A DNA stretch of 63,116 bases, the filler included, from Perkinsus chesapeaki ATCC PRA-425 (Eukaryota > Protista > Perkinsozoa), in the NCBI GenBank assembly GCA_013115145.1. It is 5 parts of 5 records of this genome, joined end to end, with 100 filler letters (N's around TTAATTAATTAA, not from the genome) between each part and the next. Parts side by side here need not be neighbours in the genome. Positions count along the whole stretch, not along the records: positions 1 to 27,406 come from JAAPAO010000494.1; 4 more parts are not named here. One strand, written 5' to 3'. Positions 12,101-24,849 of this stretch are shown here, piece by piece; positions within the stretch are counted from its first letter, which is position 1, and each line of letters opens with the position of its first letter. The notes under the pieces were generated by a model. The model was not told where the DNA came from and did not search any database. It worked only from the letters and a program-made list of their open reading frames with translations. Position numbers and translations under genes: made by a program.

Positions 12101-13895
12101 CTGAGATGATTAACCTGATTCATAATTATTATTCGATAATCGCATATTCGATAACCATTGCCTACTTCCAATGGCATAGCTCTCAGAGCGTCAACTGAAT
12201 ATGTAAGCAAAAAGCTTACGTAAGGGAATTTCAGAAGGGTGGACATTTCCAAGGATCGTATCTAAGTACTTCACTGAACAAGACAAGCATCAGCTGAAGA
12301 AGAATGATAGAAGGAATGCCCCCTTTGCCAAAGGGAGCCAAAGGGCCTTTGGTCTTTGATTTCAGCATCTCCGGATTCTGGGCGAGCTCTTTAGTAAAGG
12401 GTGCAACCGAAACGTTCCCTTAGAAAACTGGCATTTACCCTGTCATCCGCGACTGCGAACTCAAGTCCGCTGGGGTTTCCAATGTGGGTTGATGGAGAGT
12501 AGAAGAGGAAGGTCCAATACCGCTCATTAGAAAGCATGTGACAATGACTAAAAACCATCAAAAAGATAAGTCAGTTCTACAAGGGATCAAAGAGACAGGC
12601 GAAGAAGGGCTTTCCCCCTTAGCCGTCTCGTCTCAGAAATAATCGATGGCGTGCCCGCATTCTACGACGCAGACACACGTCACACGCGACGCCGTTCATA
12701 GCGTGGGAAAATGCAGAAAATACATGAATCTCGGGAAAGGTGTGTGAGAAATGAGGAGAGTCATGCCGGAGTGTGACAACACGAGACTCGGGTCCTTCCT
12801 CCTGAGCGGTAGGGTCACCCTACTAGGGTGTCGAATACCTAAATTGGAACCCGCGAACCCTTCGCTGGTCGGCTGGGTTAAGCCCAGTGGGTTCCCAATT
12901 TTGAGGTATATAGCGCTCAGCCAGTCTGGTAACTGATCGCCCTAAACTCGCCCACTACATTGGATAGCTTAGGTGCTATTTAGAGGCATCAGTGGCTTGA
13001 GACGCTTCACCGGGAGGGGGGTGGTTAAAGAAATAACAATACCAACAGCACATATGGCTGCCATAATGCACGCCGCACTTCTCATGCGTGCTACAACCTG
13101 TCTGAAAGACTTCCACATGATACGGTATCATTGATATTGGGGCGAGCGAGGAATGATTGTGTTGTGACATAACGCGTCATGCGCTGCGAGCTATCACACT
13201 ATAAAATTTATAGTATACATTTATAGTATAAATATTCAAGTAACACGCTCCGGACGGTAATTCCCGAGTAAACTGGGTCAACTACGTTAACCTGTATTGG
13301 ATACAGGGAATACAGTGTATTCCCTTAGAAAAATGATTGGCTAGTGATTGATTGGAAGTGATCGATTCCACAAGCAAATTCCCTAAGACGGCACCGCATC
13401 TTCAATATTGGCATCTTTAAACTAGATACGATGGATTTATCAAAGCAATGAGGGGGATAAGCTGGCTCATTCCTGACTCGACAACGGGATCGAGAGGGAG
13501 ACACCGCTGTCACACTCACCGACAACTCGGACTGAATACCATATTCGATGAAAGAGTGCCCGCCGAGGGCACACTCATCCTCTAGCACTTGTGAACGCGG
13601 TCCATTGGGCAAAACCTACCAACCGTTTGGGGTGTGACGACGAGCCAATTATACATATACGTCATCAACGGACAGGAGGTATCATCATGTGGAGAAATTG
13701 CTCGGTGGCATAGAAGTCTGTGAGTGAGCAGTGCTCACTGAGAACACTCTCCATAGTACCTCGAGGATACCCGCCGAAGGTCTCAGGGTGTGTTTACAAG
13801 ACTGCAATTCATAATTTATAATTCACCGTGAGTGATTATTATTACTAGCAACCAAACCACTTACTCATCAACATCAACATCATTATTGTCAATAA

Positions 13896-14730
13896 TCATG
13901 AGATTGTAATGCTTAAGGAGCTCTTAGTTCCCTTTAGACTCGTAGCTTTGTGAATCACCTCATCTTTCTCATTCCTCAAAAACTTATCGATCCAGTCAAG
14001 ACCCCTGTCACGCTTCTGGGAGGGAGACTCCTGGAGCTTCTCTACACTCATCTCACAAGCTTTTTCGCGCGAGTACTTTGTGAAGTACTCCTTAACTTCG
14101 TCGGCAGCATCATGGAAAGGGTTCAACATGCCGAAAGCTTTTTCAACGTCATCTTTGCGGCCTTCGATCATCACATTGTCGGCCCCCTCACCATTAGTCA
14201 ATTGATATTCGAGGATAACATTACCGCTCGCTTTATAACTGAGCGGGGGCAATTCGCAAGGAAGTCCATGGGGAAGAAATGACAGCGCAGGCATACATAC
14301 TTGAAATCAATGTATCCGGTAGATGTCGAGGTCCATGTAAGGCTTGTGGCCTCCTCGTTGTGTCGGATGGTTAGGAACTCTTTAGGAAGCTCGACCCGAC
14401 AGAATTTCCCGTCGTTGATAACCTGGAATTGCAACTCATTGGAACCAAAGTTAGGTTACCCAACCGACGACGAACCTTAGCAGTGTGTGCTCTTAGCGCC
14501 GAGTAGCTCTGACGTAGCTCTGACATTCATACCATGTCTCAGTTCAGTTATCTGATTCCTTAGTGCTCCCTCCAGCACAGTGACCCTTCTTTCGATCTGA
14601 CAGATTCCCTCAAAAGGACCTTGTACGCTTGTCTACTTACACTTGACGATTTGGAACCAGCTTTCAAGGCCACAGCTGAGCCCAGACTTAATAAGAACCC
14701 AATAGTGACCAAGTTGGAGATGACTATCAT
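13896..14730 (-). CDS. Secreted coiled-coil family paralog P2
   Basis: ATG 14730 MIVISNLVTIGFLLSLGSAVALK (signal-like)/gtaagt; GICQIERRVTVLE...AHTAK; QVINDGKFCRVELP; terminal exon EGRKDDVEKAFGMLNPF...KACE...WIDKFLRNEKDEVIHKATSLK. Confidence 0.75.
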
Positions 14731-14826
14731 CGAAAGCGTTACAGTGTTACTGAATCAGGAATAGAAACTAAACCCAAGATATAGGCGAACATTCTGTCTC
14801 CGATTTGCTGCCTCGTCGGAGACGCC

Positions 14827-14836
14827 GGGCGCGCTC
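14827..14836 (-). promoter_or_regulatory. Candidate upstream element GAGCGCGCCC (also 23289-23298 minus and 23897-23906 plus)
   Basis: Exact 10-mer in gene-sense orientation about 100-160 nt upstream of the ATGs of P2, P4 and P5. Confidence 0.45.
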
Positions 14837-16129
14837 CCCGGCATAAATGGTTATCAAGTTCGTCCAGTTGAGATATGGTTAGGTCAGCCAGTTGCATGGG
14901 ATATTCAAAAGTTGATAGTGGCGAGATGATCGATAGTAAACGAGGGACGGCGACAAGGTGGTAAGCGGTGACCATGCGAGGTTAAGTGAGGTAACTTTCA
15001 GTAGCCACCAGCGAGACGAGACAACCTGCCTTTCGAGGCGAGCGAAGGGTGGACACCCGTGTCTTCTGTTGCCAGCCTATTCCGCATAGTCGTATGTAGC
15101 TTGCGCAGTATGGTACCTGCTTAGTAACCATCAGTGATGGTGGTTAAGTTAACCAGGTTAACGAATTGAAGGTGGCTCATCCTCAAGTGGGTAGGCTTAC
15201 TGTAGGGATATGGGTGCTGGGACAAACTCTTCTCAAGGGGAGACAGCAAATTGAGTTTGATTTGTTTTCTATAGATGTTTCTCGAGCACTCAGAATGCAT
15301 CACCATTGGTGATTCACCAACTAGATGATTTTAAACTGATCGTTTCCGGATTATCTAGTATCGAGAGATCTCACATATCCGAGCAGAAATCACTTACGCA
15401 ATGAAAGGCATATGTATAGCTATCAATGCACAATACCTATCAAGGTGCGACATCATGAGCTTCATCTATAGGACCCAAAGAGGTGCCAAAGACCTGATGA
15501 ATCAAAGCGGGCGTTCGGACACTCTATCGACTTCTGAGATTCAATCAACGGTTTTGAGATTCTTACCTATAACACCGATGTGGAAAAGCGTTACTCTACG
15601 AATAATGAATAACTATTGCTATTAAGTATTGCTGCATCATGGCTTCATTACTTCCCATTCGACCATATTCTGCGAGCAGGCTGGCAGGATTTCGACTAAG
15701 TAGCACACGTATTGATCCAAGAAGCCTTCAGCCGTAATCACTTTCCTAGAGTGATCCTTAGTTTCCTTCCAATTACCCCGGATACCTCCAAAAGCTCGAC
15801 CTTGATCAATCAGTGTGTTGAGCTCGTAGTTTGCGAGAGATATCGTTTACAAAAGGGAGGCAACCTACACGGTGTATGAACGCTATGAGCTTGGCTTAAA
15901 ATAGTTGCTCATTGATGTGTTGCACATTAATAACTTCCAGATCGACCGGCTCTCCTGTTTCGGAAATTCTGTTGATCATCAGATTTTACCTATTCTGTCG
16001 GAGCATGCCACGATGTACCTTCTCGGTTCTTTCAGTGAGCACTCATAAAACGAAACCCTCAAAGGATACCACACGACGAGTTAAAAGCATGGCTTGACAC
16101 TCTCAATCATAATCATCTTCAATCGGAAA

Positions 16130-19100
16130 TTATTTCTTCTTTGCAACCTTCTTCTTTTTCTTTGCCGCAGCTGCTGCTGCAGCTTCCTCTTCTAATTGCT
16201 TCCTCTCGGATAAAAGAACGTGTAGTCTCTGAGTACGGGAAGGTCACACTTCACCGTCGAAAGTAGGAGTATCTTGCTACTCGACCGGCACTATGCTTAT
16301 TTCAATGTCATGGTCAATACAGCAGTCATCAAACCAGCTGAACATACCACGCAGAGATACAAACAATAATCGACAAATCAATAAGGGCCGAATAACGTTT
16401 TAATAGACAACACACGTGCTGGAACCAACGATCCTGCATGACCATCTTAACTGATAGTTGCTCACCTCTGATAGACTCTTCCATTTTGACAGTGTGTCCT
16501 CCTCGAAGATACCCTCACTCGACGCTGGTGGATCTGCCTTATCTGAAACATAGCATGTTCCGCTTTAGTGTTATCGGACTTACCTTGTTCTTCAGCTTTA
16601 AGCGTTGCAGCTTCAGCTACAGCAGAGGCCAGTTCATCGACGATCGCGAGGAACCTAAACTCCCTTATAAGTCCGTGCTCTCGAAGTCCTACTTCTCGCT
16701 ATCTCGCGCCCAGTCTGGCAGAGAGGCATCAGTGTCATTATCAATGCCACGCAATGTCACAATGTCCTTCATCGGTTCGATGGTCTCAAGCAGACGCCTG
16801 AACAATAACGGATGAAACACTACTCGTATTGGTGAGAATCCTTGTGGAAGCAGAAGTGTCAAGAACTACAGCGTTCCATCCATAGGCGAAAGGCTTCATT
16901 ATCTCGCTGATGTGTGGCACACTGGTGAAAAGGGATCTAACAGCCTCGTGGAAAGATGTTACTGGAAGTCGTTAACGTGAAAAGTTGGACGTGCTCTTGG
17001 TGAAAACATTTTACATCCCTCTATGATCCCTGCGCTGGTGGTGTACTGGATTATTCGATATTATGTCTGCAATGATAACATTTGTCTCCTGATTCCCCTT
17101 CTCCTGTATCACAAAGCTAACTGTGCTAATGTACAGCATGTCTCAATACTATGCTAATAACCACCAGAGGTCCACTCGGTGAAAAAAAGCAGCTCATAAC
17201 GGCGCCGTCAAGGATGATTATAAATAATAGTAAGCATACATAATTCGGACTTGGACATCCAATTTCGCAACCAATCGTTTCCCTCTCTCAATAAGCCTCA
17301 AGTTGCCGGGCTCCTAAAGAACAAAACGGCCACTCGATTTAAACTAAAGTCATCCTAGAAGTAGGAGCTCACCTTTTCTGAAGCCTGCAAGGCCTTGCGA
17401 ATTCGGTTTAAATGATCTGCAGGGCTCCTGAGAACACTGCTCGTCCAACTCGCGAAGTCGGGCAGCCTTACTTGGGCAAGTCCTCGATCGCTCTGAGTAG
17501 GCATTGATCACACAAAACCTGTCTCCTCACCAAACTGAAGTGAACAGATTGACGCACTTCGCACTCGTAGTCGGCGCTCATACCGAGTTCTCTCCAAGTC
17601 CCCGGAGTCTACCCCCGCATTCTGTCCAATCTCAATGGCCGAGGCCAGCTCGTCGAGTACACTGGGAAGCTCTGACTGATTTGGCGAAAGATCGTACGCG
17701 CCACGTAATTCAGCTTTCTACAAACAAAGGGCGGCAAACAAATTAAACGGAATTCCAGTCCTACTCGGAGACTTATCAGCGCGTTTATTTTCTTGGCAAA
17801 GACTGCCGCTTCGTGCTTGACTTTAACGTCACACGGCCAGTCGCTCGCCTCCCCCATGGCCTCCTCAAGCTGATAAACGCAGTTGAGATTCAAGAGAGCT
17901 TCGCTCCGCTGCTCACTTCCTCCTGCGTTTTCTCGAGGCTCTCAATGTCACTATCGTGACATTTCATCAATTCTTTCAGCTGATTTTCGGCCTTAGTGGC
18001 TCGATCAGACACCTCTGTGTAATACGTGAAAGGCCTTTCCGGAACCTACCGGACGTGAAGTGCTCGTCGTTGAAGCCGTTGGCCCACCTTATCGGCGTTG
18101 CTACAATACGCGTATCCTCGGACAACTGCCGATTCGCAATAGAAGTTGCGAGTCCACTCACACAGGAAACGCGGCGTGGTTGCGGAGAACTGTTTTCCTG
18201 CACGGAAAGCGGCAGAGAGAAATCAAGAGTAATGCCGTCATTGAGAAATTCCGGCTGAGTCTAACATAATGAACTGCTCGCAAGCAGAGCATGAGGCTCA
18301 GTGTTCTTTGATAGTTCACCAGGACTACCCGTTTAAGACGGCCAACAGAAGCAGCTGAAATTAATGAACTACGGAAATGAACTACCGTCGTTTAGTCGAT
18401 CCTGATAACGATTAAGGTTCTACCTAGAAACTATTCCATGGACCTCGTTGACTGTCAACGATTTCGGTAAATGCCTGCGGTCGTGAACGGTTGACAATGA
18501 CAGCTATTTACCAAAATCGATCGAAGACAAACCTGTCGCGTAACACTCTGTCTCGTTCATCGCCCTTCTTAAGAGAGCTCGTGGTTTATCCTGACATATT
18601 ATTTCGACCATAAAGGAGCTTGCTTAACATACCACAGTGCAGAGTGCCAAAGGGTGATGACCACGATCGTTCTTAGCCATCAAATCACAGCCTTGAGCCA
18701 GTAGGCATGAGACAACTTGAACCGATCCCCCTGCTGCTGCCTGAGTATAACAGATTAAAAAGTTATCAGAATACATGACTTTTGCGAACACCGCCAAAAA
18801 GGTCGAGCAGTTGAGCAATAGTGATCGGAGGAGTAAGATATCTTGACACCAGTTACATTCTTCTGGGTGAACCATACAGTGACGAAGCCGTATGGGCATT
18901 AAATTCTTTCGGCAGCAGTTGCGCATAGAATGGATAGTCTAACTCAGCAATTTTTGGCGTTGGACAATAAACTCGCACACAGACACGTAGTTGAAATCTT
19001 CAACGGCCAAAAGACGATCTTCACGGTGAACAGATAGTTTACGAGTGGGAAGGTTATTGGCCAAGACCCACTTGATGAAGAACAGTATTGCCGAGCTGAT

Positions 19101-20134
19101 CAACCTCATGTGGACTCATACCGTCCTTTAGCAGAAGCCACACGACCTACTCAATGTGAAATGTCCAGCAGATTGGCTTTAAACTCACATTAAGGTGGCC
19201 CTTAAAGGCAGCCCAGTGAAGTGGTGTATGTTTAACCCTCCTTTTGGGTATCTAAACGCTTATTATATGTCACACAACTCGGCGAACGCTCAGCCCGTGC
19301 CGACAGAAAGACTCAATTTGCACGCTCCTCGGAGGTATCCGCGATGACCAAAGAGAGTCATCCTTGGTAAATTATGAGCAAGAGTGATATCTCCTCCTAC
19401 TCCTTTCTTCGAGATATCCAAGTCTGATCGATAGGCCCTTCCAGCATCGCGAGCAAGCAGTGACCTGAGCTAGTCTTATTAGGCTGAGTTGTCTATCTTA
19501 TGATCTCCAACCTCGCGAATGTCACATTTCCGTTTGATGCGGCCCATGTAAGAGGAGACCAGGACTTCGGATCGCGACACGTAGGGTCCTGAAAGGATCG
19601 CCTTGAGTTTGTTAGCAATGATGATGCACAAGAGTGATTAAGCTGTAGTGACCAACCCAACTGACCGACGAAGCAGTAGTCTACGGTATCAACATCGAGG
19701 GCTTTGCCCGGATGTATTAGTCTGGTTTAAAACTGAAACCATCTAGCTTAAATAACAGCACCCCCGTCATCGAGAAGGATCCTGATTTTAGCCCGTAGAC
19801 ATCTGATGCTACTGTCACAGTAGTACTGTACTCAATTAATGCTACTCGAAGCGACCTAGGGTATCATTCGTTCAACGCGGCGACTTGGGACGTCTCTGAC
19901 AAGTGCGCCAAAGTACAAGACGCTTTGTTGAGTTTGAGGGTAGATTGTTCAGTTACAACAAAGGTTCTCTGTTTATCAACATACAGCTCTTCTCTCTAAT
20001 AGTTTGAGGCACTCAACAGTATTATTCTCTACACAGGCTTCTAGTAGCATCTTATTAGCGACATCAGTGTCAAGAATTTCCTCTACAACAGATGTGGGAT
20101 CATCTTCAACCTCGAGTTCCTGAGATGTATTCAT
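16130..20134 (-). CDS. Ankyrin-repeat protein with C-terminal coiled-coil/basic tail, many exons
   Basis: MNTSQELEVEDD...MLLEACVENNTVECLKLLERRA (20134); VDQLGNTVLHQ (~19100); AAAGGSVQVVSCLLAQGCDLMAKNDRGHHPLALC (~18700) fit the ankyrin consensus; last exon ERKQLEEEAAAAAAAKKKKKVAKKK*. Confidence 0.65.
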
Positions 20135-20361
20135 AGGATTCTCCAAACATCATCATCTTACTCTAACAGAAGTGAGACTAGACCTTCTGGTGGCAGTTAA
20201 AGTCATTAATATTTATGAAAATATTCACCACTGAGGCCATACTACCTAGCCTTTATGGACTCATAGACTGCATCAATAACAAAGAACAGTTCTACTAATA
20301 ACCCAACAATTATTGACACTATCGACATCGTGGCCATGAAGTAATATAGTAGATGAATCAT

Positions 20362-21234
20362 TTAATCGCGATCACGGTAAATATAGATCTCCAAATTGGT
20401 TTCACTGTTCTTAATCTCTCGAGCTCTTCTGAATATATCTTCTCTATGCGTTTGGATGAACTCATCAATCCATCCATATTTCCGTTGAGGGACTCCACCA
20501 GGTGCCATCGTCAGCCTTTCCAGGGTCCTCTCGCATGCAACGTTTCGATTTTGTTTCTTGAACGCTGTCTCGACCTCATCGGTGATACGATGGAAAGGAT
20601 TCAGTTGGCCCCAGACATCTTCAAGCTCATTCTTGGGGCCACTAATATGTAGTCTGTTACCCCCGGATGACTCTTTTCCGAAACCATAAGTAAGTGCTGA
20701 TGTGGCATCTTTATGAGACCTGAACGCTCAGTCCACTGCAAGCGATATCACAAGCATGTTTACCACACTTCGATATATTGCTCCCCATACCGAAAAGTAT
20801 CAGAGGAATATATTATGAATGTTCCCGTCCTATCTTGACCAACGCTAAGTACTCTATCAGAGAACTCCGCCGCACAGAGCTCCTTATTATTGGTAACCTG
20901 ACATGAAGACTTGTTCAAATTTAGCACTGCGATGGTGTTGCAGACTTTGCCCGTATAAGCATCTAGTTTGAAATGGCTGTGAAGTAACCCAGACACAAGA
21001 TGTTTCAGTTCAGACATCTCATGTTTTAATGTCGACCTCTCGCGGGAAGCTGCAGACGCTTCATGATTAACTTTTCGCTCCAATGCTGCGAGCCTTCCCT
21101 CAATCTGACATATGTTACTCAATGAACGTTTGATGGTTTGTACGTACATCCGATGGGTTTGAAGTAGTTCGCAAAGATGAACTAAGAGGTGGAAAGCACG
21201 AACTGATGGCGAGAAGAAGAAGTAGGAGGACCAT
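20362..21234 (-). CDS. Secreted coiled-coil family paralog P3
   Basis: ATG 21234 MVLLLLLLAISSCFPPLSSSLR (signal-like)/gtacgt; NICQIEGRLAALERKV...LKHLVSGLLHSHFKLDAYTGK; SCQVTNNKELC...YIEVW; ISGPKNELEDVWGQLNPF...VACE...YGWIDEFIQTHREDIFRRARE...RD*. Confidence 0.8.
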
Positions 21235-21854
21235 CAGCGAACTGCATGAATACAACCGGTTGAGGGAGAGGTAGCATAACTTCATCGTTCAACGTTGAGT
21301 TATGCGACATAAAGAACGAGTAATACCGGGCTGACAAGGGCACTGGCAAGGGGACTCGTACACGCAATATCGACGAACGTGGCCGTTACCGATTTCGGTC
21401 AAGGGAATGATGGTCAGTTGCAAAGGGTAAGTTTTTAACCTTATTTACAGCTGTCTCGAGATTCGTGCAGTCTCCGGTTGATTTAGGGCGCACGGATATA
21501 GCTGGGACATGGCAGGTCTATAGCTTGTAGAAATTATCAATATTCGGTGATGTCAAAAAATAATATACTTGGCAGGTAGAAAGCCCATCAATTAGCCCCA
21601 GCGGTGGGATCTATGCTAGGCTAGCAATACTAGCGGCACTAAAATAGTGTCAATCTTGTAACACCTGGAGACGCGACGGCATCTGGCGGCGTGCTCAGTG
21701 AGCTTCGCATATCCCTAGCGCAAGTTCGCTCCACAGTTCGAAAAAGTAATGATGAGAGATTGACACAAACCCAGTAATGAGGATAGCAGATTGTGTTATA
21801 AGTTAAAGGCGTTTGTGTCACATCCCGATAATGACTAGGGTGAATAATATTCAC

Positions 21855-21917
21855 GATGACTTCTTTTCTGTAGATAGGATATTCACTGAATATCCTATCT
21901 ACAGAAAAGAAGTCATC
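21855..21917. repeat. Perfect 63-nt palindrome (31-bp arms, 1-nt centre)
   Basis: GATGACTTCTTTTCTGTAGATAGGATATTCA-C-TGAATATCCTATCTACAGAAAAGAAGTCATC; arms are exact reverse complements. Confidence 0.95.
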
Positions 21918-22243
21918 TGTGACACACGGGCTGTGAGCCTCGATAGTCAGAGCAGTCGGATAAGAAGGGTCTAAATGCCCTCATGACCAGAAACACACAC
22001 TGAATCGAAAATAGTAAATGGTACCGTTCGGCATGTCGTTTTTAGCGGCAGGATTGTCTTCTCAATAATCCTTCATAAAATTATACTACTAATGGCTGAA
22101 TGAGGACAGCAGCTGGCGGCGGTCCCGCCAGAGTAATACCGCCCCGATTGTTGATAAATGATTCATTATTAACCAATGATAACTCAGCAATTTCAGTATC
22201 AGAAACAACAACATTAGCAAACATCATCATCTTAACCATGAAT

Positions 22244-23130
22244 TTAGTGACTGATTGGGTGAGACTTTTCACCAAGGTAAAGATGAACATCCAGCTTCGT
22301 GGCGTCAGCACCGTCCTCGGTGGCGCGCTGGTCCAACTCCTTAGCTTTAAGGAATATCTCATCACCGTGGTTGCTCATGAAGTCATCGATCCACTCGTAG
22401 TTCTCTTGAGGGTTTCCGTCGGGTGAAACTCTCAGCTTTTCCAGGCTTGTCTCGCACCCCTTCTTGAAGCCTTGTTCTTTGAAAGCCTTCTCGACCTGGG
22501 CGATCAGATCTTTGAAGGGATTCAATTCTCCAAATTCTCTCTCGAGATCTTCCTTTGGACCTTGGATAGTAACCTTGCCAAGGTCCGTCGGATTGCGGGC
22601 TTGGCGAGCAAGAGTGAATTCAGAGGTACCATCTGCATGGAACCTGAGCAAGCACCGATTAAAATGTAAGATCCTGGTCTATGTTTACCATGCCTCGACA
22701 GATTGCTCTCCATAACGATGAGTGTACGAAGTGTATACGATATGAGTTTCCAATCGGTGTCGACCAACAGTAAGGAGCCTCTCAGCAAACTTCTCCGCAC
22801 AAACATCCTTATCATTAGTAACCTGATATAGATGCTTGCTGAGGTACGGATGTTGTGTTGTCAGACCTTGGCAGTATGAGCTTCTAGACGGGAATAGCTA
22901 TGAAGCAACCCCGACACCACGTCTTTCAGCTCAGCAACTTCACGCTTTAATGCCGGTACCTCCTCGGTAGCTGGAGATGAAGATGGTCTCCTCACAGTCT
23001 GAAAAATATTAAACAAACGAATAGCATACTGTCCTCGCCCACCAACCTTTGGTGAGTTGGCAGCCGTTTTCAAAGCCCAGCCGATAGATGGCATCCAGCA
23101 TGCAAGAAGGAGATTAAAGAAGAGGAGCAT
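22244..23130 (-). CDS. Secreted coiled-coil family paralog P4
   Basis: ATG 23130 MLLFFNLLLACWMPSIGWALK; LKREVAELKDVVSGLLHSYSRLEAHTAK/gt; YQVTNDKDVCAEKFAERLL...SVEAW; IQGPKEDLEREFGELNPF...KGCE...YEWIDDFMSNHGDEIFLKAKEL. Confidence 0.8.
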
Positions 23131-24040
23131 ATGTATGAAGAAGGGCGTACTGCGTGAGTGATACGTGGGAGCGTTATACAATCAGCTGGATATTTTATAC
23201 TTGTTCAACCACCATGAAAAAGTCAACTTTCACATGCATTATCAGTCTCCAGCGTCGCGAGACTGGACGGGACGTCCCCGACAGGACTGGGCGCGCTCTT
23301 CGGTGTTGACCCGGGTTGTGGGGCAGAGGAGGACCTTTTCAGGGGTGACAGGAAGAGGTTGGGGAACATGGAAATGTGTGTATGGATGATTAGAAGAACT
23401 ATGATGAATCATTATTGATGATGCTGTTGCAGCGTACCAGAGGAGCAAGTCATGACAGCACTTGGACCACGAGACGCGACAGATGATCCATCCCCCTTCG
23501 TGGCTCGTGATAATAGCAACACGTAGACTGAATGGTAGGGCAATCAATGAGCTTAATCTAATCCTCATCGATTCCGTAATCCTAACTCATTGCGTGGTGA
23601 AGTAAGAGCGAGCTTGGAGGCGAGGCTTCAAGATCGAAAAGGGTATGTTACCCAAACTGCGTTCCGTCTCAGTCTACACCGGCACCAGAGGCAGTCGCGT
23701 CTCACAGATGTTGTCTCGTGTCCGTCAGTAACAGTTGCCCCCTGTAGGGCCCCATAACCTTCCATATTCTACTGTACGATTTTTCTGACAGCATCCTCGT
23801 ATAAACCTTTCACTCCTGTGCTTTTAGTTACAACAGACTTCACATTCTACCAAATGACTTCTTCTACCGCTTCAACCCCAACTGTCGAATATAGGAGAGC
23901 GCGCCCTGTTTCGAGACACATGAGATATCCGGGGTCAAGGGTGTCTCTTTGGTGAATTAGTCACTTTGAAATCGACTAGGGCCCTATACAAGGCTGGTGT
24001 AAATGTGTTTGTCAATCTATAAGTGCTATCATCCTCACTA

Positions 24041-24849
24041 ATGTTCGCCTTCAAATTTGCATGCTACCTGTTGACTATTGGTTTAATGGAAGCCTTGAAA
24101 GGTGGTCCAAAAGAGGTAGTCGAGTTGTGGTTATAGGTGCTGGATAATTGGTTGTTAGTTTGAGGGGAGGCTGTCGAGACTCGAGGAACAGGTTACCGGG
24201 ATTAAGAACGATATCGATACTCTCATGGCAACTCAGAATATGAAGGTCAGAATCAAATCAGCGAATAGTATTCCTTTCAGAAACAAGTGCCGTTTTAGGT
24301 TGATAAGGAATTTGGCGGAATATGCAGGATTGAATGGCCCCAACATTCATTCCTTGCTTCCTATAACGGAAAGCAAGTGTTCCTGGACTGGGAAGGTCCC
24401 GCGGGGGCAACTAGCGTCTGGTAATGGCGAGCAGACACAATCCTGCCTCAAGAACGTAGAAAATCAGGTCCAGAGATGATCAAACCAAGCTCTCCTATTT
24501 CTGGAGAGGCGAAGTAGTGATAACAGTCGAGGGAACTCCTAGAGACATCGACAGGGAAGTTGGTAGTCTTAGCCCTTTCCGTCATGTGACGGAAAAGATA
24601 AGGAAGATTTATGAGGAGTTTAGAATACCTACAGGAAAAGGAATTGTGGACCCCTTGAAGAACCGAATTGCATGCACACAAGCCTTCGTTGAGCTGAAAA
24701 CTTCCCCTAACATGGCTCTTTACCCCAAGGCACAGTGGATCGATGAATTCTTCTCGATCAATAAAGATAAGATACTGAAGAAGGCTACGGATCTCCAGTC
24801 GAGGAAAGTTGGCAGCATTAAAGCGAAGGTGACTTATCTGTCACACTAA
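24041..24849 (+). CDS. Secreted coiled-coil family paralog P5 (divergent from P4)
   Basis: ATG 24041 MFAFKFACYLLTIGLMEALKGGPKE/gtagt; GRLSRLEEQVTGIKNDIDTLM; GICRIEWPQHSF...TSVW (TG/gt); VEGTPRDIDREVGSLSPF...IAC...QWIDEFFSINKDKILKKATDL. Confidence 0.75.

Noticed and set aside
12770-12958. Solo LTR (TGT...ACA followed by TTGG)
   Set aside because: No target-site duplication, second copy or gag/pol sequence visible.
15100-16100. Additional gene or sixth paralog on minus
   Set aside because: Some open stretches (ANYELNTLIDQGRAFGG...) but no family motifs and no consistent exon chain.
22685-22700. Non-canonical GC-AG donor in P4
   Set aside because: A canonical GTAAAC donor five bases on gives the same split Trp codon as in P1, P3 and P5.
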